Shown: positions 20,260 to 28,939 of the stretch, piece by piece
Layout: each line of letters begins with the position of its first letter
How positions within the stretch are numbered: position 1 is the first letter of the stretch
NCBI GenBank assembly: GCA_963577415.1
Contig: CAUYYU010000001.1
Location: forward strand, 1 to 50,549
DNA: 50,549 nucleotides
Source of the DNA: Chloroflexota bacterium
GTDB lineage: Bacteria > Chloroflexota > UBA11872 > VXNJ01
Direction of reading: 5' to 3'
Position numbers and translations under genes: made by a program
The notes under the pieces: generated by a model
What the model saw: the letters and a program-made list of their open reading frames with translations, nothing else
Database searches by the model: none
Told to the model about the DNA's origin: nothing

Positions 20260-21156
20260 ATGGACGTGGGCCTCGGCAAGCGCGTGCGGTTGCATCGCAT
20301 GTTGCACGATCATGGACCCGGCGGCAGCACGCTGCTGGTTCTGCCCGTCGACCAGGGGCTCGAGCACGGGCCCCGCGACTTCTTCGCCAACGAAGACAGT
20401 CTGGATCCGGCCTACGAGCTCGATCTGGCCGCCGCCGCCGGCTATTCCGCCATCGCCCTCCAGATCGGCCTGGCCTCCAAGTACATGCGTCCCTACGCGG
20501 GCACGGTGCCGCTGTTGCTGAAGATCAACGGTAAGACCGAGATTCCGGCCTCGGGAGCGCCGCGCTCGCCGCTGAACGCTCGCGTCGAGGATGCTGTTCG
20601 CATGGGCGCCGACGCCATCGGCTACACCCTATACGTGGGCTCCAAGGCGCAGGAGGCGGACTTCGAGGTCTTCTCCCAGGTGCGCCTGGAGGCCGAGCGC
20701 GCCGGGATGCCGGTGGTGGTCTGGGCCTACCCCCGCGGCGAGGACATCGGCGCCAAAGGCGGTGCCGGTTCCATCTACGCCATCGACTACGCGGCCCGGG
20801 TGGCGGCGGAACTGGGCGCGGATGTGGTGAAGGTGAACTACCCGGACGCCAACGACGACGGCACCATCGGCCCGGTCGCCGACGCGCCCGCTCCCTACAA
20901 CAAGATGACCTGGACCATGGAAGAGGCGCTGGCCCAGATCCTCAGATCGGCCGGAAAGACCATGGTTATCATGTCCGGTGGCTCGCGGGTTTCGGACGAG
21001 CTGCTCCTGGAGCGGGTGGACGCCTCCCTGAAGGCCGGGGTGACCGGCTTCATCTTCGGACGCAACATCTGGCAGCGGCCGCACGCCGAGGCTATTCAGG
21101 TCGTGGGGCAGATCAAGCAGCGAATGCAGGCATACGCGAAGGAACTGGGGGCGTGA
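20260..21156 (+). CDS. fbaB: class I fructose-bisphosphate aldolase (DhnA/FbaB type)
   Basis: Start set at ATG 20260 inside track ORF 20116..21156. LPVDQGLEHGP, LLLKINGKT, VVVWAYPRG and DVVKVNYP match my memory of E. coli FbaB-type aldolases. Confidence 0.75.
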   Translation: MDVGLGKRVRLHRMLHDHGPGGSTLLVLPVDQGLEHGPRDFFANEDSLDPAYELDLAAAAGYSAIALQIGLASKYMRPYAGTVPLLLKINGKTEIPASGAPRSPLNARVEDAVRMGADAIGYTLYVGSKAQEADFEVFSQVRLEAERAGMPVVVWAYPRGEDIGAKGGAGSIYAIDYAARVAAELGADVVKVNYPDANDDGTIGPVADAPAPYNKMTWTMEEALAQILRSAGKTMVIMSGGSRVSDELLLERVDASLKAGVTGFIFGRNIWQRPHAEAIQVVGQIKQRMQAYAKELGA

Positions 21157-21198
21157 GCACGGACCCGCCAACCCGCTAGTCGGGAGAGAGGTATTCGG

Positions 21199-21429
21199 AT
21201 GGACGAGGAGAAATCCGAAAAACGCGAATCCGGCGAGCGCCGCGCTGACGAACGCCGCGACGGGGACGAGCGGCGTGAGATCGAAGATCGGCGCGATGAG
21301 GTCGAGCGCCGGGGAAAAGGCTACCGGGACGACCCCGACCGCCGTGACGGAGAAGACCGTCGGGAAGGTGAAGAACTCCGCGATGGCGAGAGCCGTCGGT
21401 CCGGCGCCGACCGACGAGAGTCCGAATGA
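21199..21429 (+). CDS. highly charged D/E/R hexapeptide-repeat small protein (hypothetical)
   Basis: ATG is preceded by GGGAGAGAGG at 7 nt. In 76 aa I count 31 D/E and 24 R/K. RR dipeptides recur mostly every 6 residues. Codons differ between repeats, which argues for selection at protein level. Confidence 0.5.
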   Translation: MDEEKSEKRESGERRADERRDGDERREIEDRRDEVERRGKGYRDDPDRRDGEDRREGEELRDGESRRSGADRRESE

Positions 21430-21445
21430 CCGCCCGACCGGCCTG

Positions 21446-21988
21446 ATGCCTCACGAGCACGATCACCACGGCCACCGGTCAGCCTCAACCGAGGAACATC
21501 GCGGGATCGCCGCCGAACTCGGTCCGCTGGACTGCGCGGTCGTGGTCGTGAGCGACTCCCGCACCCAGAAAACCGACCGCTCCGGGGACGTCGCGGTTGA
21601 GCTGATCGAGGCCGCCGGTCACCGCCTGGTGGGCCGCGAACTCATCAAGAACGATCCGGCCGCCATCGAGGAAAAATTCGCCGAGTACGTCGGCGACCGG
21701 GCCGATTTCGTCGTCTTCTGCGGTGGCACCGGGCTCGGCCGCAAGGACCTGACCGTGGAAACCGTGACCCCGCTGCTCGACAAGGTGCTGGACGGCTACG
21801 GCGAGGCGTTTCGGCGCTTCAGCTGGGACGAAATCGGCACCGCCGCCATCATGAGCCGGGCCGTCGGCGGGGCCACCCGGGGAACCATCGTGATCTGTAC
21901 GCCCGGCTCCACCAACGCCCTGCGCCTGGCCCTGGAAAAGCTGCTGCTGCCGGAGCTCCGCCATCTCGTCCGCGAGGCCAACCGCTAG
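21446..21988 (+). CDS. moaB: molybdenum cofactor biosynthesis protein B (MoaB/MogA fold) with a His-rich N-terminus
   Basis: Start set at ATG 21446 (MPHEHDHHGH...). VVVVSDSR...GGTGLGRKD..TPGS is the MoaB/MogA pattern. Confidence 0.85.
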   Translation: MPHEHDHHGHRSASTEEHRGIAAELGPLDCAVVVVSDSRTQKTDRSGDVAVELIEAAGHRLVGRELIKNDPAAIEEKFAEYVGDRADFVVFCGGTGLGRKDLTVETVTPLLDKVLDGYGEAFRRFSWDEIGTAAIMSRAVGGATRGTIVICTPGSTNALRLALEKLLLPELRHLVREANR

Positions 21989-22010
21989 CCCACGCAGTGG
22001 GTTATTGCTG
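21989..22010 (+). terminator. weak intrinsic-terminator-like hairpin after moaB
   Basis: CCCAC-GCA-GTGGG followed by TTATTG, immediately after the moaB TAG. The stem is short, so support is weak. Confidence 0.3.
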
Positions 22011-22067
22011 AATATCGTTCGCCGGTTGCCGCCCGCTCCGACGTTTCTTTCCGCTGCGCTGGGGCGG

Positions 22068-22682
22068 TTACTCCGACGTAGGCGTTGAATCAGCCTGTGG
22101 CGGCGCCGAAGGCGCTGAATCTGCCAGCGACGACGACGGTGCGTCCTCGTCCCGACGCTTGCTGACCTCACCCCCGACCCACGGTGGGTCGAGGCGAATC
22201 AGGTTGCCGATGCCCCCGGCGTGATCCTGAATCAGAATCCCGTCCAGGTGCTCGACCTCGTGCTGGATCGCCTGCGCCAGCAGGCCGCTGGCGTCGATGC
22301 TGATCTGTTTGCCGTCCATGGTGTCGGCGAACGCCGTAATGTGCTCCGCCCGATTTATGTAGGTGATGTAACCCGGCAGCGACAGGCAGCCTTCCCGCTT
22401 CTCCTCAAAATCCTCCATCTCCCGCACCTCCGGATTCAGCAGAACCAGTAGCTGGGTCGCGGTCCAGTCGAGCTCCTCGGCGTCCTGATCCTCCGGCACC
22501 TCGACCACCACCAGCCGCCGATTGATCCCCACCTGCGGCGCCGCCAGGCCGACGCCGTCGTGCGCGCGCATGGTCTCGATCATGTCTTCCGCCAGCGCCC
22601 GCAATTCAGGCGTGGCCCCGGTGATCGGCACCGACTTCTGCCGCAGTCGGGGGTCGCCGACCTGCAGAACCCTCAGTCGCAT
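22068..22682 (-). CDS. def: peptide deformylase with an acidic/Pro-Ser-rich C-terminal tail
   Basis: GVGLAAPQVG, EGCLSLPG and HEVEHLDG. There are about 40 extra low-complexity residues at the C-terminus. Confidence 0.92.
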   Translation of the reverse strand: MRLRVLQVGDPRLRQKSVPITGATPELRALAEDMIETMRAHDGVGLAAPQVGINRRLVVVEVPEDQDAEELDWTATQLLVLLNPEVREMEDFEEKREGCLSLPGYITYINRAEHITAFADTMDGKQISIDASGLLAQAIQHEVEHLDGILIQDHAGGIGNLIRLDPPWVGGEVSKRRDEDAPSSSLADSAPSAPPQADSTPTSE

Positions 22683-22829
22683 TGGCTCGATTGCGATGGC
22701 GTGTTCGGCAAGGGACGCGTAGCCTTGTGCGGTCGCGCTCCCGTATTCTTACGGGCGCGCCCAATTCACCAGCAAGTATGGATCGAAATATTGACAGACA
22801 GCAATCATCTGCCGGTCGACGCCTACGAA

Positions 22830-24092
22830 ATGACGCAACTCCCCAACGGCGCCACCGTGGTCTCGGTGACCGTCCCTCATACCCGCGCCATCAGCTACTC
22901 CGTCCTCCTGCGGGCCGGGTCGCGCTTCGAAACGGACTCCGTGGCCGGCATCTCCCATTTCGTCGAGCACATCGTTTTTAAGGGGACAAAGGCCTGGCCC
23001 ACGGCCAAGGCGATCAGTGAGGCTATCGAAGGCGTCGGCGGGGGCCTGAACGCCTCGACCGGCCGCGAGATCGTGACCTACTGGGCCAGGGTTCCCGAGC
23101 CCAAATTCGAGCAGGCGGTCTCGGTGATCAGCTCGCTGGTAACGGAGCCGATAAACGACGGCGACGAGGTGGAGAAAGAGCGCGACGTCATTTTGGAAGA
23201 GCTGGCCATGTCGCGGGACGATCCCCACTCCCGCATCGGCATGATGTCCGACGAGGTCACGTTCCCCGGGCACGCGCTGGGACGCGACATCGCCGGCACC
23301 CCGGAGAGTCTTAAAAATATCGACCGGGACGGGCTCGCCGGGTTCATGGACACCCAGTACGTGCCGTCCTCGGTGGTGATTGCCGTCGCCGGCAATCGCA
23401 CTCACGCCGAAGTCGTGGACTCGGTCGGCGAGCGCTTCGGCGATTGGAAGGCAGACGCCGCTCCGGCCGAGCGCGAGACCACCATCGGCATTGCCAGCGG
23501 GCAGGCCGTGCGCGTGGAAAATTGGGACGGCGAGCAGGCCAACTTCGTCCTCACCATGCCCGGCATCAAGCACGAGGATCCGGACCGCTGGGCGCTTTCC
23601 TTGCTGAATATCATCCTCGGCGACGGCATGAGCAGCCGCCTGTTCCAACGAATTCGCGAGGATCTCGCGCTGGCCTATTCCGTCTATTCCTTTCCGGTCA
23701 TGCACAGTGATCAGGGCGCGTTCGGCGTCTACAGCGGCGTCAGCCCGGACAAGGCCCAGCTGGCGCTTGGCGCCGTGATGGACGAGCTCGCCCGGTTCGG
23801 CGAGACCGTCATCGCCGATGAGCTCGATCGCGCCCGCGAGTACGTCCGCGGCCGGCTGCTGCTGGGCACCGAAGACACCCGCGGGGCCGTGCACTGGGTC
23901 GGTCGCCAGCTCGCGCTCACCGGCAAAATCATCACCATCGAGGAGACGCTGGCGAGCATCGACGCCGTCACTCTCGAAGACCTCCGCCGGGTCGCCGAGC
24001 GCATCCTGCGACCCGAGGACTACCGCCTGGTGGTGCTGGGTCCGTTCGAGGGCGACGCCGGCTTCGAGTCGCTACTGGCCGGGAGCGTCTGA
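22830..24092 (+). CDS. M16 (pitrilysin/insulinase) family zinc peptidase
   Basis: Start set at ATG 22830 (MTQLPNGATVV). Contains the inverted zinc motif HFVEH. Confidence 0.88.
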   Translation: MTQLPNGATVVSVTVPHTRAISYSVLLRAGSRFETDSVAGISHFVEHIVFKGTKAWPTAKAISEAIEGVGGGLNASTGREIVTYWARVPEPKFEQAVSVISSLVTEPINDGDEVEKERDVILEELAMSRDDPHSRIGMMSDEVTFPGHALGRDIAGTPESLKNIDRDGLAGFMDTQYVPSSVVIAVAGNRTHAEVVDSVGERFGDWKADAAPAERETTIGIASGQAVRVENWDGEQANFVLTMPGIKHEDPDRWALSLLNIILGDGMSSRLFQRIREDLALAYSVYSFPVMHSDQGAFGVYSGVSPDKAQLALGAVMDELARFGETVIADELDRAREYVRGRLLLGTEDTRGAVHWVGRQLALTGKIITIEETLASIDAVTLEDLRRVAERILRPEDYRLVVLGPFEGDAGFESLLAGSV

Positions 24093-24100
24093 GCGACCTG

Positions 24101-25363
24101 GTGGCCACCTGGATCACCGGCGGCACGGTGCTGACCCCGGGGGGAGGCGTCGAGGACGGCCATGTGAAGATCGAGGGCGAAACCATTGCCGCGGTGGGGA
24201 CTGGGCTGGGAGAGCCGGCTGAAAGCGACGCGATCATTGATGCGCAAGGTTTGTACGTCGCGCCGGGATTCGTCGACACCCACATCCACGGGCTGGGCGG
24301 CTTCGACGCCATGGACGGCCCCGCCGGGGTCGAGGGCATGTCGCTGGAGCTGGTGAAACATGGGGTCACCGCCTTCCTCCCAACCCTGGTCAGCGCGCCG
24401 CCCGACGAGCTGGCCCGGCTGGTGACGGAGCTGTCCCCGGTGGTCACCACCGGCGCCGACATGGCCGGGCTGCACCTGGAAGGCCCTTACCTGGACCCGG
24501 GCGCGCCGGGGATGTTCGCCCCGGAAGACTTCCGGCCCTTCGACGTTGATGAACTTGAGAGTCTGGCGAGGGTCGGCGACGGCGCGATTCGCGTCATGAC
24601 CATCGCCTGCCACGGAAACGCCGCCGACGCCCTGCCGCGAATCAATATGACCGGCATCGTGCCCTCGCTGGGTCATGCGGCCGCGACCTACGCGGACGCG
24701 AAGGCCGCGATCGATAAGGGGCTGTCCCGTTGCACGCACTGCTTCAACGCCATGACCGGCATGCACCACCGCGAGCCGGGCATCGCCGGGGCGATGCTGC
24801 TGCACCGGCAGGTGACGGCCGAGTTGATCCTGGACGGTGAGCACGTCCACCCGGCGATGGCCCGCATGCTCTTTGAAATGAAGGGCGCCGCGCGCCTGGC
24901 GCTGGTGTCCGACTCCATGCCGTTCGCGGGGCTGGGGGAGGGGTCGTTTGAGTGGTGCGGCTACGAGATCACGGTGGCGGACGGCGCGGCGCGGGTACCG
25001 GACGGGAACCTGGCCGGTAGTGTGCTGACGCTCGATAAAGCCGTGCGCAACGCCGTGAAGATGCTGAAAATACAGCCGGTGACAGCGCGAAACGCGGCAA
25101 CGGTATTGATCCATCAACCGGAGGTCGCGCCGGTCTCGGTGTCTCTGGCGGAGCGGATGGCGGCCCGCGAGACGGCGCGGGCGGCTCGGGTCGAAGCTGC
25201 CGTGGAGATGGCCAGCCTCACCCCGGCGAACTCCGCCGGCCTCGGCGACACCCACGGCAGCCTGGAACCGCGCAAGCGAGCCGACATCGTCCTCCTCGAC
25301 GCCGACCTATTCCCCGTCCGCACCCTCGTCGGTGGCGAGACCGTCTGGGAGGCCGGCAGCTAG
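24101..25363 (+). CDS. nagA: N-acetylglucosamine-6-phosphate deacetylase
   Basis: PGFVDTHIHG, LHLEGPYL, THCFNAM and ELILDGEHVHP. GTG start. Carries an extra segment of about 38 aa near the C-terminus (see finding). Confidence 0.85.
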   Translation: MATWITGGTVLTPGGGVEDGHVKIEGETIAAVGTGLGEPAESDAIIDAQGLYVAPGFVDTHIHGLGGFDAMDGPAGVEGMSLELVKHGVTAFLPTLVSAPPDELARLVTELSPVVTTGADMAGLHLEGPYLDPGAPGMFAPEDFRPFDVDELESLARVGDGAIRVMTIACHGNAADALPRINMTGIVPSLGHAAATYADAKAAIDKGLSRCTHCFNAMTGMHHREPGIAGAMLLHRQVTAELILDGEHVHPAMARMLFEMKGAARLALVSDSMPFAGLGEGSFEWCGYEITVADGAARVPDGNLAGSVLTLDKAVRNAVKMLKIQPVTARNAATVLIHQPEVAPVSVSLAERMAARETARAARVEAAVEMASLTPANSAGLGDTHGSLEPRKRADIVLLDADLFPVRTLVGGETVWEAGS

Positions 25364-25463
25364 GGCCGGACGCATGGGTTCATTCTTCGGCCGGTTTGGC
25401 GCGTGGGGTCGCCGTTGCGACCACGTCCGGGCGAAACGTTCATAAATGCACCCAGGAGCCTGA

Positions 25464-26429
25464 ATGCGGTACCACCGCCGCGCGGTGGAAGGCCGGGGAT
25501 GGCTGACGAATCGGGCCCGGCGACCGGAGATGAGAGAGCCTGTATCAAGACGGTCGAGTCGGCGGGGACTGATGGCGGGCAGAGTGATGCTCGGACTCGG
25601 AGTGGGGTTGCTGGGCCTGCGGAGGGGAGGAAGAGACCTTTCGGGACCTTCGGGTAGTCATCGAACATGGTGCTCGGGCGGGGAACGTTGCCTTCAGCCG
25701 GGACGGCAAGCTGCTGGCCAGCACAAGCTGGGACCGGACTATCAAGATCTCGGATCCGAAGACCGGCCACTGGTGAGGTTGATTGAGGGAGTTGTGGATG
25801 ATGGGGTGGAGGTTGCCTTTTGCGCGGACGACAAAGTGTTGGCGGCAGCGGATAGCTCGAGAGTGAAGCTCGTGGATGCCGGCTCGGATGAGGTCATTCA
25901 AGTGACGGAGGTGGGGAGGGACGTTATCTGGAGTGTCGAGTTCAGCCCGGACGGAAAACTGTTGGTGGTTAGAAGTTTTTTCAGGCCGGAAGTGACGGTT
26001 CTGGACGGGGAGTTAGTGGCAGAGATCACCCGGTTGAGCGGACACACGAAGGGCGGCCTGAGCCTGGCTTTCAGCCCGGACGGAAAATTGCTGGCGGCGG
26101 GCACGCTGAACACCGGGACGGTGACAGTCTGGGACACCGGGGATTGGGGTGTGAGGTACACGATGGAAATGGATACCGGGCTCACGCTGCGGGGAGGAAA
26201 TGTTGTGGTCGGCGTGGACGATCTGGATTTCAGTTCGGATGGAAAATTTCTGGCGACGGCCGGCTACGATGGACGGATTCGTTTGTGGGACCCGTTGACG
26301 GGAGCCGACCTGGGGCTGGCAAACGCCTATGACGATGCGGCTTTCTCGGTGACGTTCAATCTGGACGGCAAGATCTTGGCCAGTGCGGGGTTCACGGGAG
26401 AGGTCGTGGTGGTGGGAGTGTGCCCATAG
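25464..26429 (+). CDS. WD40/beta-propeller repeat protein, probably a lipoprotein with two internal frame changes (possible pseudogene)
   Basis: ATG 25464 is preceded by AGGAG at 5 nt. Repeats of the type FSPDGKLLAAG, FSSDGKFLATAGYDGRIRLWD and FNLDGKILASAG are present. A canonical blade (NVAFSRDGKLLASTSWDRTIKI) is encoded in a different frame at 25618-25773. Confidence 0.6.
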   Translation: MRYHRRAVEGRGWLTNRARRPEMREPVSRRSSRRGLMAGRVMLGLGVGLLGLRRGGRDLSGPSGSHRTWCSGGERCLQPGRQAAGQHKLGPDYQDLGSEDRPLVRLIEGVVDDGVEVAFCADDKVLAAADSSRVKLVDAGSDEVIQVTEVGRDVIWSVEFSPDGKLLVVRSFFRPEVTVLDGELVAEITRLSGHTKGGLSLAFSPDGKLLAAGTLNTGTVTVWDTGDWGVRYTMEMDTGLTLRGGNVVVGVDDLDFSSDGKFLATAGYDGRIRLWDPLTGADLGLANAYDDAAFSVTFNLDGKILASAGFTGEVVVVGVCP

Positions 26430-26457
26430 CGAGTGGGTAGCGCTTCCCGGGAGTAGA

Positions 26458-26522
26458 GCCTGGACCCGGGTCCAATTACGCGAGCGGTCGAGGGCGCGGG
26501 ACCAGAGGCGGCGGCGAAACGG
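26458..26522 (-). repeat. duplicated relic of the glpK 3' end
   Basis: The minus strand encodes RRRLWSRALDRSRNW, against the glpK C-terminus RRRLWSRALDRSRYW. An exact 23-bp core cggtcgagggcgcgggaccagag occurs at 26485-26507 and at 27401-27423. Confidence 0.6.
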
Positions 26523-26599
26523 CGCCGGAGCTGAAGTTGCCAATTTCAGTATGTGGCGGCACGATTGAGATGTGCGGGGGGCGTATCCCAGAGGACAAG

Positions 26600-27286
26600 A
26601 TGGGTTCTAGCGCGGGACAGGAATCTGAAATTGGCCTTGTCAGAGGGAAGAAGCGCTGCAACGCCTGCGGGCGGTTGCAATCGCCGGAGTTCCGGCATTG
26701 CTCGCACTGCTCGTTGAACATGGACAGTCCGCTGGTACCGGCTTCGATAGACGACCGGGACGCTGCCCACAGACTGGACACCTGGGTCATGTGGGGGTGT
26801 TTCCTGCTGGTTGAGGGGATTGGAATTCTGATTCCCAGGTCCGGGCGGGCATCTGTGGAGGCTGTTCATGAGTGGTTCCTGGGGAGTGGTCCCATATTGA
26901 TCCTCCTGTTTTTTCTTATTGGCCGCCCGGCCTACAAGATCTTTTTTGAACTGATGCCGCGGCGGGCTACACCGGGGATGATGCGAAAGGGGCTGAGGAT
27001 CGTGTCCGAAGACGGCGGTGAACCGAGTGTCGGTCAGATACTGACTCGCAATCTAAGTACTTTGATATTCTTCCGCCGAAGTAGGTGGACGGAACAGAAC
27101 CCATTTCGGCGATTTCTTGAGGAAGATAGTCACCGTCGCGGGAAGCACGACCGAAATACTCGGACGGTGGTGGTGTACGCCGATTCCATCCCCGGCCGGT
27201 TCCCGGGACCGGATTCGGGGGAGAGCTCAGGGAAGGGACACCGAGTGCGACCGAAACGCCGTGCCCGGAGCGGCCGGGGTAAATAG
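26600..27286 (+). CDS. RDD-family membrane protein with an N-terminal zinc ribbon
   Basis: CNACG...HCSHCS zinc ribbon, TM segments, TPGMMRKGLRIVSEDGGEPS and HDRNTRTVVV (RDD-family hallmarks from memory). ATG 26600 is preceded by AGAGGA. Track ORF starts at 26537. Confidence 0.7.
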   Translation: MGSSAGQESEIGLVRGKKRCNACGRLQSPEFRHCSHCSLNMDSPLVPASIDDRDAAHRLDTWVMWGCFLLVEGIGILIPRSGRASVEAVHEWFLGSGPILILLFFLIGRPAYKIFFELMPRRATPGMMRKGLRIVSEDGGEPSVGQILTRNLSTLIFFRRSRWTEQNPFRRFLEEDSHRRGKHDRNTRTVVVYADSIPGRFPGPDSGESSGKGHRVRPKRRARSGRGK

Positions 27287-27366
27287 GACTGCGGCTCCCC
27301 CGCCACCGCAACTGTGACGTCACTGTTTTCCCCCGCGGGCCGCACTCGAGCCTGTAGGTGAAGCGG

Positions 27367-28887
27367 TCAGGGACCGTCCGGGGTGGCCCAGTAGCGGGAA
27401 CGGTCGAGGGCGCGGGACCAGAGACGGCGGCGGGCGGAGACGGACGGGTCGTTGGCGGGATGGAATTCACGGTCGAGCTTCCAGATGGAGCGGAGCTCGT
27501 CCAGGTCGTTCCAGAATCCGATTTCAAGCCCGGCCAGCAGCGCCGCGCCCATGGCGGTGGTCTCGATGTTGGCGGGACGCACGACCTGGCAGTCGATGAG
27601 GTCGGCCTGCATCTGCATCAGCAGATCGTTCTGGGCGGCGCCGCCGTCAACGCGGATTTCGGACGGATTGACGCCGGAATCCAAGGCCATGATCTCAGCC
27701 ACGTCGGCGACCTGGTGGGCGATGGACTCCAACCCGGCGCGGACGATGTGGGCGCGACCGGCTTCCTGGGTGAGCCCGGCGATGATGCCGCGAGCTCGTG
27801 GGTCCCAGTGCGGAGCGCCCAGCCCCACGAAAGCCGGCACGAACACGGCCCCGGCGGTGTCCGGGACCGACGCGGCCACGGATTCGGATTCGGCGGCGGT
27901 CTCGATGAGCCCCAGGCCGTCGCGGAGCCACTGCACGACTGCCCCGCCGATAAACACGCTGCCTTCCAGGGCGTAGGTGGTTTTGGAGCCGATTTGCCAG
28001 GCGACGGTGGTGAGCAGGCCGCTCTCGGAGCCTCGGGGCTCGGGTCCGGTATTCATCAGCAGGAAGCAGCCGGTGCCGTAGGTGGATTTCACCATGCCCG
28101 GGTCGAAACAGGCCTGACCGAAGAGGGCGGCGTGCTGGTCGCCGGCGATGCCGCCGATGGTCAGCCCCGCCGCGATGGGGCCCGTCCCGGTGGTCACGCC
28201 GAGCTTGCCGGTGCTGGGCACGATCTCCGGCAACATCGCCGCCGGGACGTGCAAAATCTCCAGCAGGTCGTCGTCCCAGGCGGGGCCTACAAGACTGGCG
28301 AGCATGGTGCGGGAGGCGTTGGTGGCGTCGATGCGATGCTCCCGGCCTCCGGTGAGCTTCCAGAGCAGCCAGGAATCGACGGTGCCGAAGCGGGCCCGGC
28401 CGGATTCGGCGGCGGCGCGCAGGTCCGGGTCCGAGTCCAGCAGCCAGCCGATCTTGGTGCCGGAGAAATACGGATCGATGACCAGGCCGGTGCGGTCGCG
28501 GATGAAATCGGTGTGACCAGCGGCGGTGAGGGCATCGCAGCGCTCGGCGGTGCGGCGGCACTGCCAGACGATCGCCGGAGCCAGCGGACGCCCGCTCTGC
28601 GCATCCCACACGATCGTGGTCTCGCGCTGGTTGGTTATGCCGATGGCGACCGGCACGGCGTCGGTTGTGTCCAGGGCTTCGGTGGCCGCCTTGAGGACGG
28701 AATCCCAGATCGCCTCCGCGTCCTGTTCGACCCAGCCGTCGTGCGGGTAGCTGGACTCGACGGTGGCGTACCCGCGCGAAAGGATCGCCCCGTCGCGGCC
28801 GACCGTCAGGCAGGTCGTGCCCGTCGTGCCTTGGTCGATGGCGAGGATGCAATCGGTCTGGGGCAAAGGGTGGTGTCCCGGTGTCAT
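27367..28887 (-). CDS. glpK: glycerol kinase
   Basis: LAIDQGTTGT, WVEQD, GITNQRETT, GDQHAALFGQ and DGGAAQND. Confidence 0.95.
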   Translation of the reverse strand: MTPGHHPLPQTDCILAIDQGTTGTTCLTVGRDGAILSRGYATVESSYPHDGWVEQDAEAIWDSVLKAATEALDTTDAVPVAIGITNQRETTIVWDAQSGRPLAPAIVWQCRRTAERCDALTAAGHTDFIRDRTGLVIDPYFSGTKIGWLLDSDPDLRAAAESGRARFGTVDSWLLWKLTGGREHRIDATNASRTMLASLVGPAWDDDLLEILHVPAAMLPEIVPSTGKLGVTTGTGPIAAGLTIGGIAGDQHAALFGQACFDPGMVKSTYGTGCFLLMNTGPEPRGSESGLLTTVAWQIGSKTTYALEGSVFIGGAVVQWLRDGLGLIETAAESESVAASVPDTAGAVFVPAFVGLGAPHWDPRARGIIAGLTQEAGRAHIVRAGLESIAHQVADVAEIMALDSGVNPSEIRVDGGAAQNDLLMQMQADLIDCQVVRPANIETTAMGAALLAGLEIGFWNDLDELRSIWKLDREFHPANDPSVSARRRLWSRALDRSRYWATPDGP

Positions 28888-28939
28888 GGGGAAAACGAGG
28901 GACTAGGCTAGCACAGGGGCCGAGGCTAGACTCAGGCCT

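Noticed and set aside
21160-21445. Possible Moco riboswitch upstream of moaB.
   Set aside because: I could not find the conserved Moco-motif elements I remember. The region has a strong SD, an ATG and a codon-level hexapeptide periodicity that favour a protein-coding ORF.
27314-27323. 10-bp perfect palindrome GTGACGTCAC between the convergent RDD gene and glpK.
   Set aside because: It is too short to separate from chance and cannot form a stable hairpin because there is no loop. It is also a single occurrence. Noted only.
25364-27366. A mobile genetic element or genomic island carrying the WD40 and RDD genes.
   Set aside because: There is no integrase, transposase, tRNA target or terminal inverted repeats. 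Only the glpK-tail duplication supports an insertion, and that is reported separately as a scar rather than an element.
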